From the NCBI GenBank assembly GCA_001804705.1, contig MHAY01000060.1, positions 52,055 to 116,054 on the forward strand: a DNA stretch of 64,000 nucleotides. Direction: 5' to 3'. The notes beneath the pieces are model-generated. The model ran no database searches and was not told the DNA's origin. It saw only the letters and a program-made list of their open reading frames with translations. Positions 1-8,414 of the stretch are shown here, one piece after another. This DNA is from Ignavibacteria bacterium RIFOXYC2_FULL_35_21. GTDB taxonomy: Bacteria > Bacteroidota > Ignavibacteria > Kapaibacteriales > UBA2268. The translations under genes were made by a program, and so were the position numbers. Every line of letters begins with the position of its first letter. The first letter of the stretch is position 1.

Positions 1-2
1 CA

Positions 3-170
3 TTATATGATAATTGTCATAAGAGGAAAGAAATTGATGATGATTATACTTGCAAACAAACACCTTGGAATATAATAAAAAATAAAAAAAATATTATTTG
101 CCAATATGGGATGGCTGCTCATTCATTTGGTTTATGGCAAAATGAATTACTAATAAAAAATGAATGCTAA
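3..170 (+). CDS. 3' end of an unidentified protein gene entering from the left edge (partial)
   Basis: Frame 3 is open from the window edge to TAA at 168-170. My translation ends ...CHKRKEIDDDYTCKQTPWNIIKNKKNIICQYGMAAHSFGLWQNELLIKNEC. No family recognised. Confidence 0.3.
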   Translation, partial: LYDNCHKRKEIDDDYTCKQTPWNIIKNKKNIICQYGMAAHSFGLWQNELLIKNEC

Positions 171-576
171 AAGTCTTTATGAAAATATTTTAAATTTGTG
201 GTGTAAAATTTTATGAAAATTGAGAATTGGAGGTAATAATGACATTTTCAATTCAGCAACAAAAAAGGTTAGGATGAAGAATTCTAGCTTTTTTTTTATT
301 ACATATCATCAGATAATAATTGATAGCCTTTTTTGAAAAAGTCCTATAAATAAGCGCTGGGTGGGATTTGCGGAACATTAAAAGAGTCTTCAAAAAAACA
401 GAGGTGTATTTTATATTTTTTATTTTAGAAAAAAATAATTTTTAAGTTTTGGTAATTTGTCCACACAAATCAAAATGTGTTGTGGAATGTTTGTTGTTTG
501 TATATTAAAATAATTTAATAATTTTGATTAATAAAAATTTTTATTATTATAATAAAAAGCATTCTAAAGGATAAGA

Positions 577-2022
577 ATGAGTATAGACCTCGCAGAATTA
601 ACTAAAGAACATTTTTACACAAAATGGGGCTTATTCTTTGGTTGTTTAACAGTATTAATAATCACAATTCCAATATTGATTTCAGCAAAATGTGAATTAC
701 TATTAGGGTCAATTATATCTATTGTATTATTACTAACGTGGTTCACAATTTGGTTAGTTTATCAAAACCTTTTCCCTAAAACAAAAAAGGACCAAAAAGG
801 AATTTATTTTATTATTTGTTCTGACAAAAATGAGAAAGAAAATAAAAACAAACTAGATAATAGATTAAATAATGATATTTTAAATAGAATGGATACAATT
901 ATTTCAAGATACCCTATATCAAGTAAAATTAAAATTCACATTTTAAATGACTACCAAAAAGATAAATTAACTACAATATTAAAAGATTACTCAAAAAAAT
1001 TAAGAGAATTAAACGAACATAATATTAATCAAATATTAAAATATAAGGAAATAAAAAAATTCTTTAAATTAAATAGTAAGATTAATGGTTCATATTTTAT
1101 ATGGGGTAATCTCAGATTTAGAAATTCTAACGAAGAACCAACATATATTCTACAAACTATTGATGGTCTTGTTTGTCATAAACCAACACCCTTGGATATT
1201 AAGAAAAGACTATCTGAAGAATTTAATAAAATACTCGTTCGAAAATTTGAAGTAAAAGAAAAAACAGAGGAACAAGGATTTGAAGCTTATTCAATTATTA
1301 ATTTATTTGGATTGTTATATATAATTGGAATTGCGACATTAATTTCTAGTGAATATGAATTGTCGAGAGACCTTCTTAAAATTGCTAAAGAGTTTCTTAA
1401 TAGAAATTTTAAACAAAGTGAAAATACTAATGAATTAAATAAAAAAATTATTGAAACATTATCTGAATCTCTATTAGAACTTGCTTACGAAAAAATTACT
1501 AATGATAAATATTCTGATGCTAAATCTATAAACGAAGAAAATTTAATTTTGATGCCAAATAATAATTATATTATTAATCAAAGGGTGGCTATAGAATTTT
1601 ATTTAAAGAATACTAACGAAGCATTAAAATTTAATGAAATACTAAAAACCAGTGATAACAATTACTGGTTATACAATAGAGGATTCTTATTAATGTCAAA
1701 TGGAAATTTTCAAGCTGCTTATAATATATATAGTAAATTGTCAGGTTCAAAATATTCAGGTGAAAAGGAATTTGTACAAAGTTGTATTATTAATGACGAA
1801 TTAATATTGAAAAAAAATCCAAAATATAAATACATTCATTTTATACTCGGGTTTCTATATTATAAAAAGTTAAAAAATATACCAGCAGCTTTGGAGCATT
1901 TTGAAGCATTTATAAACGCAGATAAATATAAAAAGTCCAATGATAATTACATGAAATATTTTATAAAAGATTCTAAAAAATATATTAAGGAAATAAAAGA
2001 ATATCTAGAAATAAAAAAATAA
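577..2022 (+). CDS. Hypothetical membrane-anchored protein: two N-terminal TM helices, a Lys/Asn-rich middle region, and a helical TPR-like C-terminal region
   Basis: 481-aa ORF with hydrophobic helices at about residues 17-37 and 41-62. The C-terminal third has Tyr/Ala/Leu-spaced helical repeats. No catalytic motif recognised. The DNA is very AT-rich. Confidence 0.55.
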   Translation: MSIDLAELTKEHFYTKWGLFFGCLTVLIITIPILISAKCELLLGSIISIVLLLTWFTIWLVYQNLFPKTKKDQKGIYFIICSDKNEKENKNKLDNRLNNDILNRMDTIISRYPISSKIKIHILNDYQKDKLTTILKDYSKKLRELNEHNINQILKYKEIKKFFKLNSKINGSYFIWGNLRFRNSNEEPTYILQTIDGLVCHKPTPLDIKKRLSEEFNKILVRKFEVKEKTEEQGFEAYSIINLFGLLYIIGIATLISSEYELSRDLLKIAKEFLNRNFKQSENTNELNKKIIETLSESLLELAYEKITNDKYSDAKSINEENLILMPNNNYIINQRVAIEFYLKNTNEALKFNEILKTSDNNYWLYNRGFLLMSNGNFQAAYNIYSKLSGSKYSGEKEFVQSCIINDELILKKNPKYKYIHFILGFLYYKKLKNIPAALEHFEAFINADKYKKSNDNYMKYFIKDSKKYIKEIKEYLEIKK

Positions 2023-2157
2023 TCCGTTACGATTTGGCTACGAATTATTGTGAAAACTAAGGTAAAAGAGTTATAAAATCATCTTTAAATAGAATCGGTA
2101 ATAAATTACTATATCTGAAACTTAGCATGAATACTAACTTTTCTGATTTTGTTTATC

Positions 2158-2204
2158 ACTGACTTCGGATCAGAGGGTTAGGGGTTCGAGTCCCTTCGGG
2201 TGTA
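2158..2204 (+). pseudogene. 3' half of tRNA-Arg(anticodon TCG), from anticodon arm to discriminator base; the 5' half is absent (probable att-site remnant)
   Basis: Anticodon stem is ACTGA/TCAGA with loop CTTCGGA (U33, anticodon TCG, G37). Variable loop is GGGTT. T arm is AGGGG-TTCGAGT-CCCTT. The 3' acceptor is CGGGTGT followed by A. The 26 nt upstream (tactaacttttctgattttgtttatc) cannot form an acceptor or D arm. Confidence 0.7.
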
Positions 2205-2223
2205 CGTTGTTGATATAAATTTA

Positions 2224-2253
2224 AGGGAGTGATGGGAAACACTCCCTTTTTTT
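2224..2253. terminator. Bidirectional intrinsic terminator hairpin
   Basis: AGGGAGTG-atgggaaa-CACTCCCT followed by a T6 run on the plus strand. On the minus strand it lies immediately after the stop of the 2252..3007 gene. Confidence 0.7.
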
Positions 2254-3007
2254 AACTTATACTTTTCTTTTTTCTTGATGTTATTATTTGAACTGCGATA
2301 ATTAATAGTGTTCCTACAATAATCAACAAGTGACCAGTTGTGTCATGTCCTGAAATAGCATGGGACTTTTCCGGTATTACTTCGGTTCGATGTTCTGTTG
2401 TTCCATGTTCATGTTTTTCAGCAGGTGAAGCACCATGAGCAGGCATTTTATTGGCAGCATTATAAATTCCTTCTACATAGTGCATAAACACAACATATTT
2501 TTCTACAAACTCTCTGCCAGCTTCGACATTATTCTCATCATAAGATTTTGCATTGAGCATTTCCTTAAATTTTTCCGAAACACCTTTTTGTATATGCTCG
2601 TTTAACATATTTAGTACTTCGGTGCCGGTTCCTGATTCGAGTGCCTTGTCAGAAGCCTGAATGGGCGGCTCAACTTCAGCATCTTCCTTGATACCTGTGT
2701 AAGGTGCCCCTTCACCCTGGCGATGGATTCTGACAAGTGTTTCAAAGAAATAATTATCAGCTAATTCCTGAGCTTTAGGATTTGTTTTCCTGACATCAAT
2801 TGTTTGCTGAAATGCTTTTTTAATAATTTCTTCAGCTTCCGGTTTGACCCAGATTAGAACAAGGTTAATATTTCCTGTTTTTAAAGCCTCTTTTGCTGAT
2901 ATTATTACAGGACCGCTTTTAGTGTCGCAATGAGAATAAGCATTTTGTACAGAAATAATAGTTGTAAAAAAAGTTATTAATACGATTATTTTAAATAACA
3001 TTTTCAT
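2252..3007 (-). CDS. Exported, C-terminally membrane-anchored protein with a His-rich tail (DUF6448-like; family name from memory)
   Basis: Signal peptide, then SHCDTKSGPV...LVLIWV...YFFETLVRIHRQGEGAPYTG. There are about 7 His in the 40 aa before a C-terminal TM helix. Confidence 0.5.
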   Translation of the reverse strand: MKMLFKIIVLITFFTTIISVQNAYSHCDTKSGPVIISAKEALKTGNINLVLIWVKPEAEEIIKKAFQQTIDVRKTNPKAQELADNYFFETLVRIHRQGEGAPYTGIKEDAEVEPPIQASDKALESGTGTEVLNMLNEHIQKGVSEKFKEMLNAKSYDENNVEAGREFVEKYVVFMHYVEGIYNAANKMPAHGASPAEKHEHGTTEHRTEVIPEKSHAISGHDTTGHLLIIVGTLLIIAVQIITSRKKKSIS

Positions 3008-3043
3008 TTTAATACTCCTAAATAAAATTTATAATATAATTAA

Positions 3044-3589
3044 TTAGCTACCTGCTAATTCATGTGCAATTTGATGAAATCTTTCATGCTCACCTGTCCC
3101 AACTTCTTCTTCTTCAACGCGATTAAAATCAAGAACAAGGCTTTCCTGAACCTCAGGCCGCAATACATTATCTGCCATATTGAAAAGAATTTCATTTTCT
3201 TTATAAATATGATTTCTTAAAAGGGTAATATAGCTTCTAAGATTTGATGCTAATTTCTCTGATTCGGATTTATCAAGTTCGTCATTATCCGATATAATTT
3301 CTGACATATACCGGATGAATTTTCTTCCTTCCTGGTGTTCGTAAAGCATAACACCAATGGGGCCAGAGTCGCCATCGAAGCCATTTTCAACAAGTTTTGG
3401 GAAAAGCAGCTTTTCTTCTTTGATATGATGGCATCCATCTGTGAAATGCTTCGAAAAATCTATGAATTTCCTGATTCTTCCGATATCAACCGTTCCGTTT
3501 GATGTTATATCATTAAGTAATTTTTCGGCTCCTGTGAGAGCGAGCATTACAACCTGATGTTCGTGTCTTAATATATCTGTTGCTGACAT
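3044..3589 (-). CDS. Hemerythrin-like (HHE cation-binding) domain protein
   Basis: ILRHEHQ, CHHIKEE, MLYEHQEG and HIYKENEILF are spaced like hemerythrin His/Glu iron ligands. Confidence 0.75.
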   Translation of the reverse strand: MSATDILRHEHQVVMLALTGAEKLLNDITSNGTVDIGRIRKFIDFSKHFTDGCHHIKEEKLLFPKLVENGFDGDSGPIGVMLYEHQEGRKFIRYMSEIISDNDELDKSESEKLASNLRSYITLLRNHIYKENEILFNMADNVLRPEVQESLVLDFNRVEEEEVGTGEHERFHQIAHELAGS

Positions 3590-3622
3590 TTTAAATCTCC
3601 ATTATAATATTAAAATTGATAA

Positions 3623-4240
3623 TTATGTTTTTTTATTATTCAAAAGAATTTGTAAAGTTTTAAAGAATTTTTCTCCGGTTTCGATTAGAGAGAATTTGTG
3701 TTTTGAGCGTTTCCATTTCAAGATGGTCAATCGGATAAAACCCTGAATCATAGCCGCCAAAGTATCGCTGTCAACATGTATAAATATTTGCCTCTTAATT
3801 CCCTCTTCGATTATATTTATTAAAGTTGTTTGTCTCTCCCTGATTGTCAATTTCAGTTCTTCGGAAAGCGAAGAATTATGTTCAAATATTTCTTCAGCCA
3901 TTAGAATCGAGACGAGTTCCGGATTTTGAGTAAATAAGTCCATATGAAAAAGAATGAAGGCTTTTAATTTTTTATCAGCCAATTCAATAGTGTTAAGAGT
4001 AATAAATAAATCTTTACTAAGAGATTTTATTCTTCTGAAAATACCATTAATAATTTCATCTTTACTTTTAAAATGCCGATAGATTGCCGCTTCGGAAATG
4101 CCTACCTTATTAGCCAGTTCCCGAATTGAAAGGGCAGAGTAACCATTATTATGGATAAGGGCGATTGCCTCATCAATTATCTGTTCCTGCCTTAATTCTG
4201 TTGATAATCTTTTCATAATACTATAATTTTTTATAAACAA
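3623..4240 (-). CDS. TetR/AcrR family transcriptional regulator
   Basis: N-terminal HTH motif LSIRELANKVGISEAAIYRHFKSKDEI. An alternative start at M9 (4216) is possible. Confidence 0.85.
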   Translation of the reverse strand: MFIKNYSIMKRLSTELRQEQIIDEAIALIHNNGYSALSIRELANKVGISEAAIYRHFKSKDEIINGIFRRIKSLSKDLFITLNTIELADKKLKAFILFHMDLFTQNPELVSILMAEEIFEHNSSLSEELKLTIRERQTTLINIIEEGIKRQIFIHVDSDTLAAMIQGFIRLTILKWKRSKHKFSLIETGEKFFKTLQILLNNKKT

Positions 4241-4333
4241 GATTAAGTTAGTTAACGTTAACTAACAAATATTATTTTAAATATTTATGAAATTGATGGT
4301 ATATGAGTCTAAAATCGAGGTTTTTGGTGAGTT

Positions 4334-5602
4334 TTAAGATAATTCGTCTTTATCGTTTTTATTATATACGATTAATCGGGCACCCGGTTGGTTAGTGATA
4401 TAATACCACAGCCACTCGAACATAACCCTGAACCTGTTTCTGAAATTAATGATAAACAAGATATGTAGGAAAGACCAAATTAGCCATGCTAAGAAACCAG
4501 AGAATTTAATTTTACCAAATAATGCAATTGCCTTGGCTTTACCTATTGTAGCAAGGCTTCCCCTGTCTTTGTATTGGAATGGTTTTATAGTATTCTGATA
4601 TTTTCGGTTTTCTATCATTTTTGCGACAAACCTTGCTTCCTGCATAGCTACGGGTGCTAAGCTGGGGAGAATATTACCATTTTTATCTTCGAAATGTGCA
4701 GAATCACCAATTACAAATACATTATCAATGCCTGGTATGGATAAATTATTATTTACAATAACCCTGCCTGATTTATCGAGTGGCAAACCAAGTGATTGCA
4801 GTAAGGGCGAGGCTTCATTTCCTGCCGCCCAAATTGCATTCCTGGTTTCTATTTTACCGGAAGTTAAATAAACATAATCATTATCTATATCTGTAACTCT
4901 TGTTTTTGTCAAAATCTGAACACCAAGTTTGATTAAAGTTTTATAAGTATAATCCGATAGGCCGGGTGGAAAAGAAGGTAGAAGTCTTTCGGATGATTCA
5001 ATCAAAAATACTTGTATATCATCATATTTAAGGATTGGAAAGTCGGGAAGCATTGTTTTACGTGCTATTTCCGCAACTGCTCCGGCAAGCTCAATGCCGG
5101 TTGGCCCGCCTCCAATAATTACGAAATTGAGATATTTCTTTGCCCCGGGTGTTCCATAAAGTCTTTCTGCATATTCGAAGGATTTAAGCACTTGTTCTCG
5201 GATTGATAATGCATCTTTAAGGCTTTTGATTCCGGGTGCATATTTTTCCCAGTTTTGATGGCCATAATAGGAATGTAATGCCCCTGGAGCTAGAATTAAA
5301 TAATCATACTGGAGTTCACCGTCTCTAAAATATATTGTTCTTAAGTTTATATCTATTCTTAAAGCTTCATCCATGATAACCTGAACGTTCTTCTGTCTTC
5401 TCAAGATAGAGCGTAACGGAATTGCAATATCGCCCGGTGAAAGAGCTGCAGTTGCAACCTGATATAACAAAGGTTGAAACAAATGATGATTTGTTTTATC
5501 AATTAAAATAATATCAACATTATCATTCTTTAAAGATTTGGCGGCTGTCAATCCGCCAAAGCCGCCTCCAATAATAATTACTCTTGGTTTAGATAACTGC
5601 AT
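4334..5602 (-). CDS. ndh: Type II NADH dehydrogenase (NDH-2) / FAD-dependent pyridine nucleotide-disulfide oxidoreductase
   Basis: Two Rossmann motifs (VIIIGGGFGGLTAA and VIIGGGPTGIELAG) and a C-terminal hydrophobic membrane-anchoring helix. Confidence 0.85.
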   Translation of the reverse strand: MQLSKPRVIIIGGGFGGLTAAKSLKNDNVDIILIDKTNHHLFQPLLYQVATAALSPGDIAIPLRSILRRQKNVQVIMDEALRIDINLRTIYFRDGELQYDYLILAPGALHSYYGHQNWEKYAPGIKSLKDALSIREQVLKSFEYAERLYGTPGAKKYLNFVIIGGGPTGIELAGAVAEIARKTMLPDFPILKYDDIQVFLIESSERLLPSFPPGLSDYTYKTLIKLGVQILTKTRVTDIDNDYVYLTSGKIETRNAIWAAGNEASPLLQSLGLPLDKSGRVIVNNNLSIPGIDNVFVIGDSAHFEDKNGNILPSLAPVAMQEARFVAKMIENRKYQNTIKPFQYKDRGSLATIGKAKAIALFGKIKFSGFLAWLIWSFLHILFIINFRNRFRVMFEWLWYYITNQPGARLIVYNKNDKDELS

Positions 5603-5692
5603 AAAATCATATATCAGACATTAATATCCGAATTAGACGTAAAATTCTTTAAATTGGTTCAAAATATCATAATATTTATTTAATTTTCACCC

Positions 5693-5854
5693 TCACCTTG
5701 CCGCTTCCCTGAAGTCTTTTGACATATCAATTAATTCATCAAGTATTTCGGTAGTGGATAATAGGTTATTCTGATACCTTTTCACAGCTTCGGCAAGCAT
5801 TTCGGAGAATCTTTTGCTCTGAATCAAATTCCTTTTTGCTTTTACTTTTATTAT
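5693..5854 (-). pseudogene. hsdR: Remnant of a type I restriction enzyme R subunit (hsdR) C-terminal region
   Basis: My minus-strand translation is DNKVKAKRNLIQSKRFSEMLAEAVKRYQNNLLSTTEILDELIDMSKDFREAAR*. This matches the conserved HsdR C-terminal pattern (..KFSEMLE..I..Y.NR.I....VI.ELI.LAK..RE). There is no upstream helicase or nuclease part. It is bounded by the IS element on one side and the ndh promoter region on the other. Confidence 0.55.
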
Positions 5855-5864
5855 CCTAAATGTT

Positions 5865-6415
5865 AGTAAAAACTATGCACTTCCAGTGCAAAACTTTAAG
5901 TTGCTACACATTTTTCGTAAGTTTGAAGAATGAGCAACGAATACAGATATGGGAGTCATACCGTATCGAGACTGACAGCCCATATAGTATGGTTAACGAA
6001 GTATCGATATAAGATTTTGACAGGCGATATACAAAAGCGATGTCATGATCTTATAAAACAAGTATGCGATAGTGAAGATGTTAAAATACTCAAAGGAGCG
6101 GTAAGTAAAGACCATGTACATATGTTGGTCGAATACAGACCATCGATGAGCGTCAGTGACTTTGTCAAAAGAGTAAAGGACAGAACATCGAGGATGCTTC
6201 AGATGGAGTACCCTGAATTGCGAAAAAGATATTGGGGAAGACACTTTTGGGCAATAGGATATGGAGTCTGGAGTACAGGTAATGTCACAGAAAAACTTGT
6301 TAAAGAATATTTGGAACATCATAAAGACCAATCAAATTATGAAAAAGAAAATATGATTTTAGAATAAAAATTTCATTTTACAAAAAACCTATGCACTTTC
6401 AGTGCATAGTGGTTC
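5865..6415 (+). mobile_element. IS200/IS605-family insertion sequence (tnpA only); ends approximate
   Basis: A Y1 transposase ORF is flanked by related subterminal hairpins: tatgcact-tcc-agtgca (5874-5890) and ctatgcact-ttc-agtgcatag (6389-6409). There are no terminal inverted repeats, as expected for this family. Confidence 0.8.
5930..6367 (+). CDS. tnpA: IS200/IS605 family Y1 (HUH) transposase TnpA
   Basis: 145 aa with HIVWLTKYRYKIL, an HUH motif in DHVHMLVEY, and a C-terminal Tyr-containing helix. Confidence 0.9.
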   Translation: MSNEYRYGSHTVSRLTAHIVWLTKYRYKILTGDIQKRCHDLIKQVCDSEDVKILKGAVSKDHVHMLVEYRPSMSVSDFVKRVKDRTSRMLQMEYPELRKRYWGRHFWAIGYGVWSTGNVTEKLVKEYLEHHKDQSNYEKENMILE

Positions 6416-6449
6416 AGTTTGAAATATAAAAACATTTATAATTATTGAA

Positions 6450-8414
6450 ATGCTAATAGTATCAAACCTATCAATACATTTTGCAAATAGATATCTTTTT
6501 GATGGCATTACTTTCTCGGTTAATCCCGGCGACAGGATTGGCTTGATTGGTAGGAATGGTTCGGGTAAGACAACACTCCTGAATATCATAGCAGGGTTGC
6601 AGCAGGCTGAAGAAGGTACAATTATCAAACCGAAAGAATATCGAATTGGCTACCTGCCACAGGAAGAGGATCCTTCCACTACGCTCAGGATGACAAGAAC
6701 TGTTAAAGATGAAGTATATTCATCTTTAGAAGATATTGATTCAATAGATTTGAGATTAATTGAAATCTCATTACAACTCGAAAACAGAACTGATATTGGC
6801 AGTGAATCATACAATAAACTTGTCCGTGAGCAAAGTGAGTTACATGAAAGATTTGTAGTTCTTGGCGGGCATAGCATTGAGGCTGAAATTGTGAGTGTAA
6901 TGAAGGGATTGGGCTTTGATGACTATGATTTATCAAGAAATGTGAGTGAATTGAGCGGCGGCTGGCAAATGAGAATTGAACTTGCAAAAATTTTACTAAG
7001 TAAACCTGACTGCATACTTCTCGATGAACCTACCAATCATCTGGATATTGATTCAATTATGTGGGTAGAATCCTTCTTAAGAAATTATAAAGGGTCTGTT
7101 TTGCTTGTTTCTCACGACAGAACATTCCTCGATTCCGTAACGAACAGAACCATCGAAATTTCAAACGGAAAAATTTATGACTTAAATAAATCATATACTG
7201 AATTTGTAAAGTTCCGTGATGAACAAAGAAGGCAACAGCTTAATGCTTTCAAAGGCCAACAAAGACAAATAGCTGAAACTGAAAAATACATCGAGCGTTT
7301 CAGGTACAAAGCAACACTTGCATCCCGGGTTCAATCAAAAATAAAGATGCTCGATAAAATAGAAAGAATCGAGATGGATGAAGAAGATATTTCATCAATA
7401 AGGTTTAAATTTCCCGATGCAACGCGTTCAGGAAGGCTCGTCACGGAGACAATAGGTTTAAGCAAAAGCTTCGGTGATAAAATTGTATTGAAAGATATAA
7501 ATATTTCGATTGAGCAAGGAGATAAAGTCGCATTTATTGGAAGAAACGGGGAAGGCAAGACAACTTTTTCAAAGATTCTTGCCGGTGTGGAATCTTATGA
7601 TGGAAATTTGAAGATTGGGTATAATGTTTCAATTGGATTTTATGAACAGCAACAAACAGAGTTTCTTGAAAAGGATTCGACGGTATTTGATATTATTGAT
7701 AAAGCGGCAACAGGTGATATTAGAACCCGGTTAAGACAATTGCTCGGGGCATTTTTATTTAGCGGAGAGGATATTTATAAGAAGGTAAAGGTTCTTTCGG
7801 GAGGAGAAAAATCAAGGCTTGCAATTGCAAAATTATTACTCCAACCGAGTAATTTTCTCATTCTGGATGAGCCGACTAATCATCTCGATATGGGTTCAAA
7901 AGATGTACTGAAACGGGCATTAATTGATTACAAAGGTACGCTTGTGATTGTTTCACATGACAGGGAATTTCTTCACGGACTGACAAACAGGACAGTATTA
8001 TTTAAGAATAAAAAATTGATTGATTATCCCGGGGATATATATGAATTTCTTGAAAAGCAGAAATTGGAATCTTTGAGGGAAGTTGAAATAAGTAATAAAG
8101 AAGTAAAATTATTTGAGGCATCTGAGAAAATAAGCGAGTCAAAAACTTACAGAGAAGGCCGGAAAAAGCTTCAGAGAGAAATGACTAAACTGAATAAAAG
8201 AATTACAAAGTGTGAAGCAGAAATAATGGAATTAGAGATTGACATTTTTGCTCTCGAGGATGAATTCTCAAATGCCGATTTTTATTTAGATATTAAATCA
8301 AGTCAAAAAAAACAGAAAGAATATAAAGAGAAGAAAGACAAATTGGAATTAAAGGTAGATGAATGGTCAAAACTTCATTTAGAGCTCGAGGATTTCCCAA
8401 AAAATTACTTATAG
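6450..8414 (+). CDS. ABC-F family ATPase (two ABC domains plus a C-terminal coiled coil; no TM domain)
   Basis: Walker A motifs GRNGSGKTT and GRNGEGKTT, signatures LSGGWQMR and LSGGEKSR, an inter-domain linker, and a Lys/Glu-rich C-terminal tail. Confidence 0.9.
   Translation: MLIVSNLSIHFANRYLFDGITFSVNPGDRIGLIGRNGSGKTTLLNIIAGLQQAEEGTIIKPKEYRIGYLPQEEDPSTTLRMTRTVKDEVYSSLEDIDSIDLRLIEISLQLENRTDIGSESYNKLVREQSELHERFVVLGGHSIEAEIVSVMKGLGFDDYDLSRNVSELSGGWQMRIELAKILLSKPDCILLDEPTNHLDIDSIMWVESFLRNYKGSVLLVSHDRTFLDSVTNRTIEISNGKIYDLNKSYTEFVKFRDEQRRQQLNAFKGQQRQIAETEKYIERFRYKATLASRVQSKIKMLDKIERIEMDEEDISSIRFKFPDATRSGRLVTETIGLSKSFGDKIVLKDINISIEQGDKVAFIGRNGEGKTTFSKILAGVESYDGNLKIGYNVSIGFYEQQQTEFLEKDSTVFDIIDKAATGDIRTRLRQLLGAFLFSGEDIYKKVKVLSGGEKSRLAIAKLLLQPSNFLILDEPTNHLDMGSKDVLKRALIDYKGTLVIVSHDREFLHGLTNRTVLFKNKKLIDYPGDIYEFLEKQKLESLREVEISNKEVKLFEASEKISESKTYREGRKKLQREMTKLNKRITKCEAEIMELEIDIFALEDEFSNADFYLDIKSSQKKQKEYKEKKDKLELKVDEWSKLHLELEDFPKNYL

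Noticed and set aside
2121-2210. A complete tRNA gene.
   Set aside because: Only the anticodon arm, variable loop, T arm and 3' acceptor strand can be folded. The upstream sequence has no complementary acceptor strand (ACACCCG expected) and no D-arm. It is reported as a tRNA 3' fragment instead.
6389-6628. A 79-aa minus-strand ORF spanning the IS right end and the ABC-F 5' region.
   Set aside because: It is antisense to the Walker A region of the ABC-F gene (typical shadow peptide ..LPEPFLPI..) and begins inside the IS hairpin.
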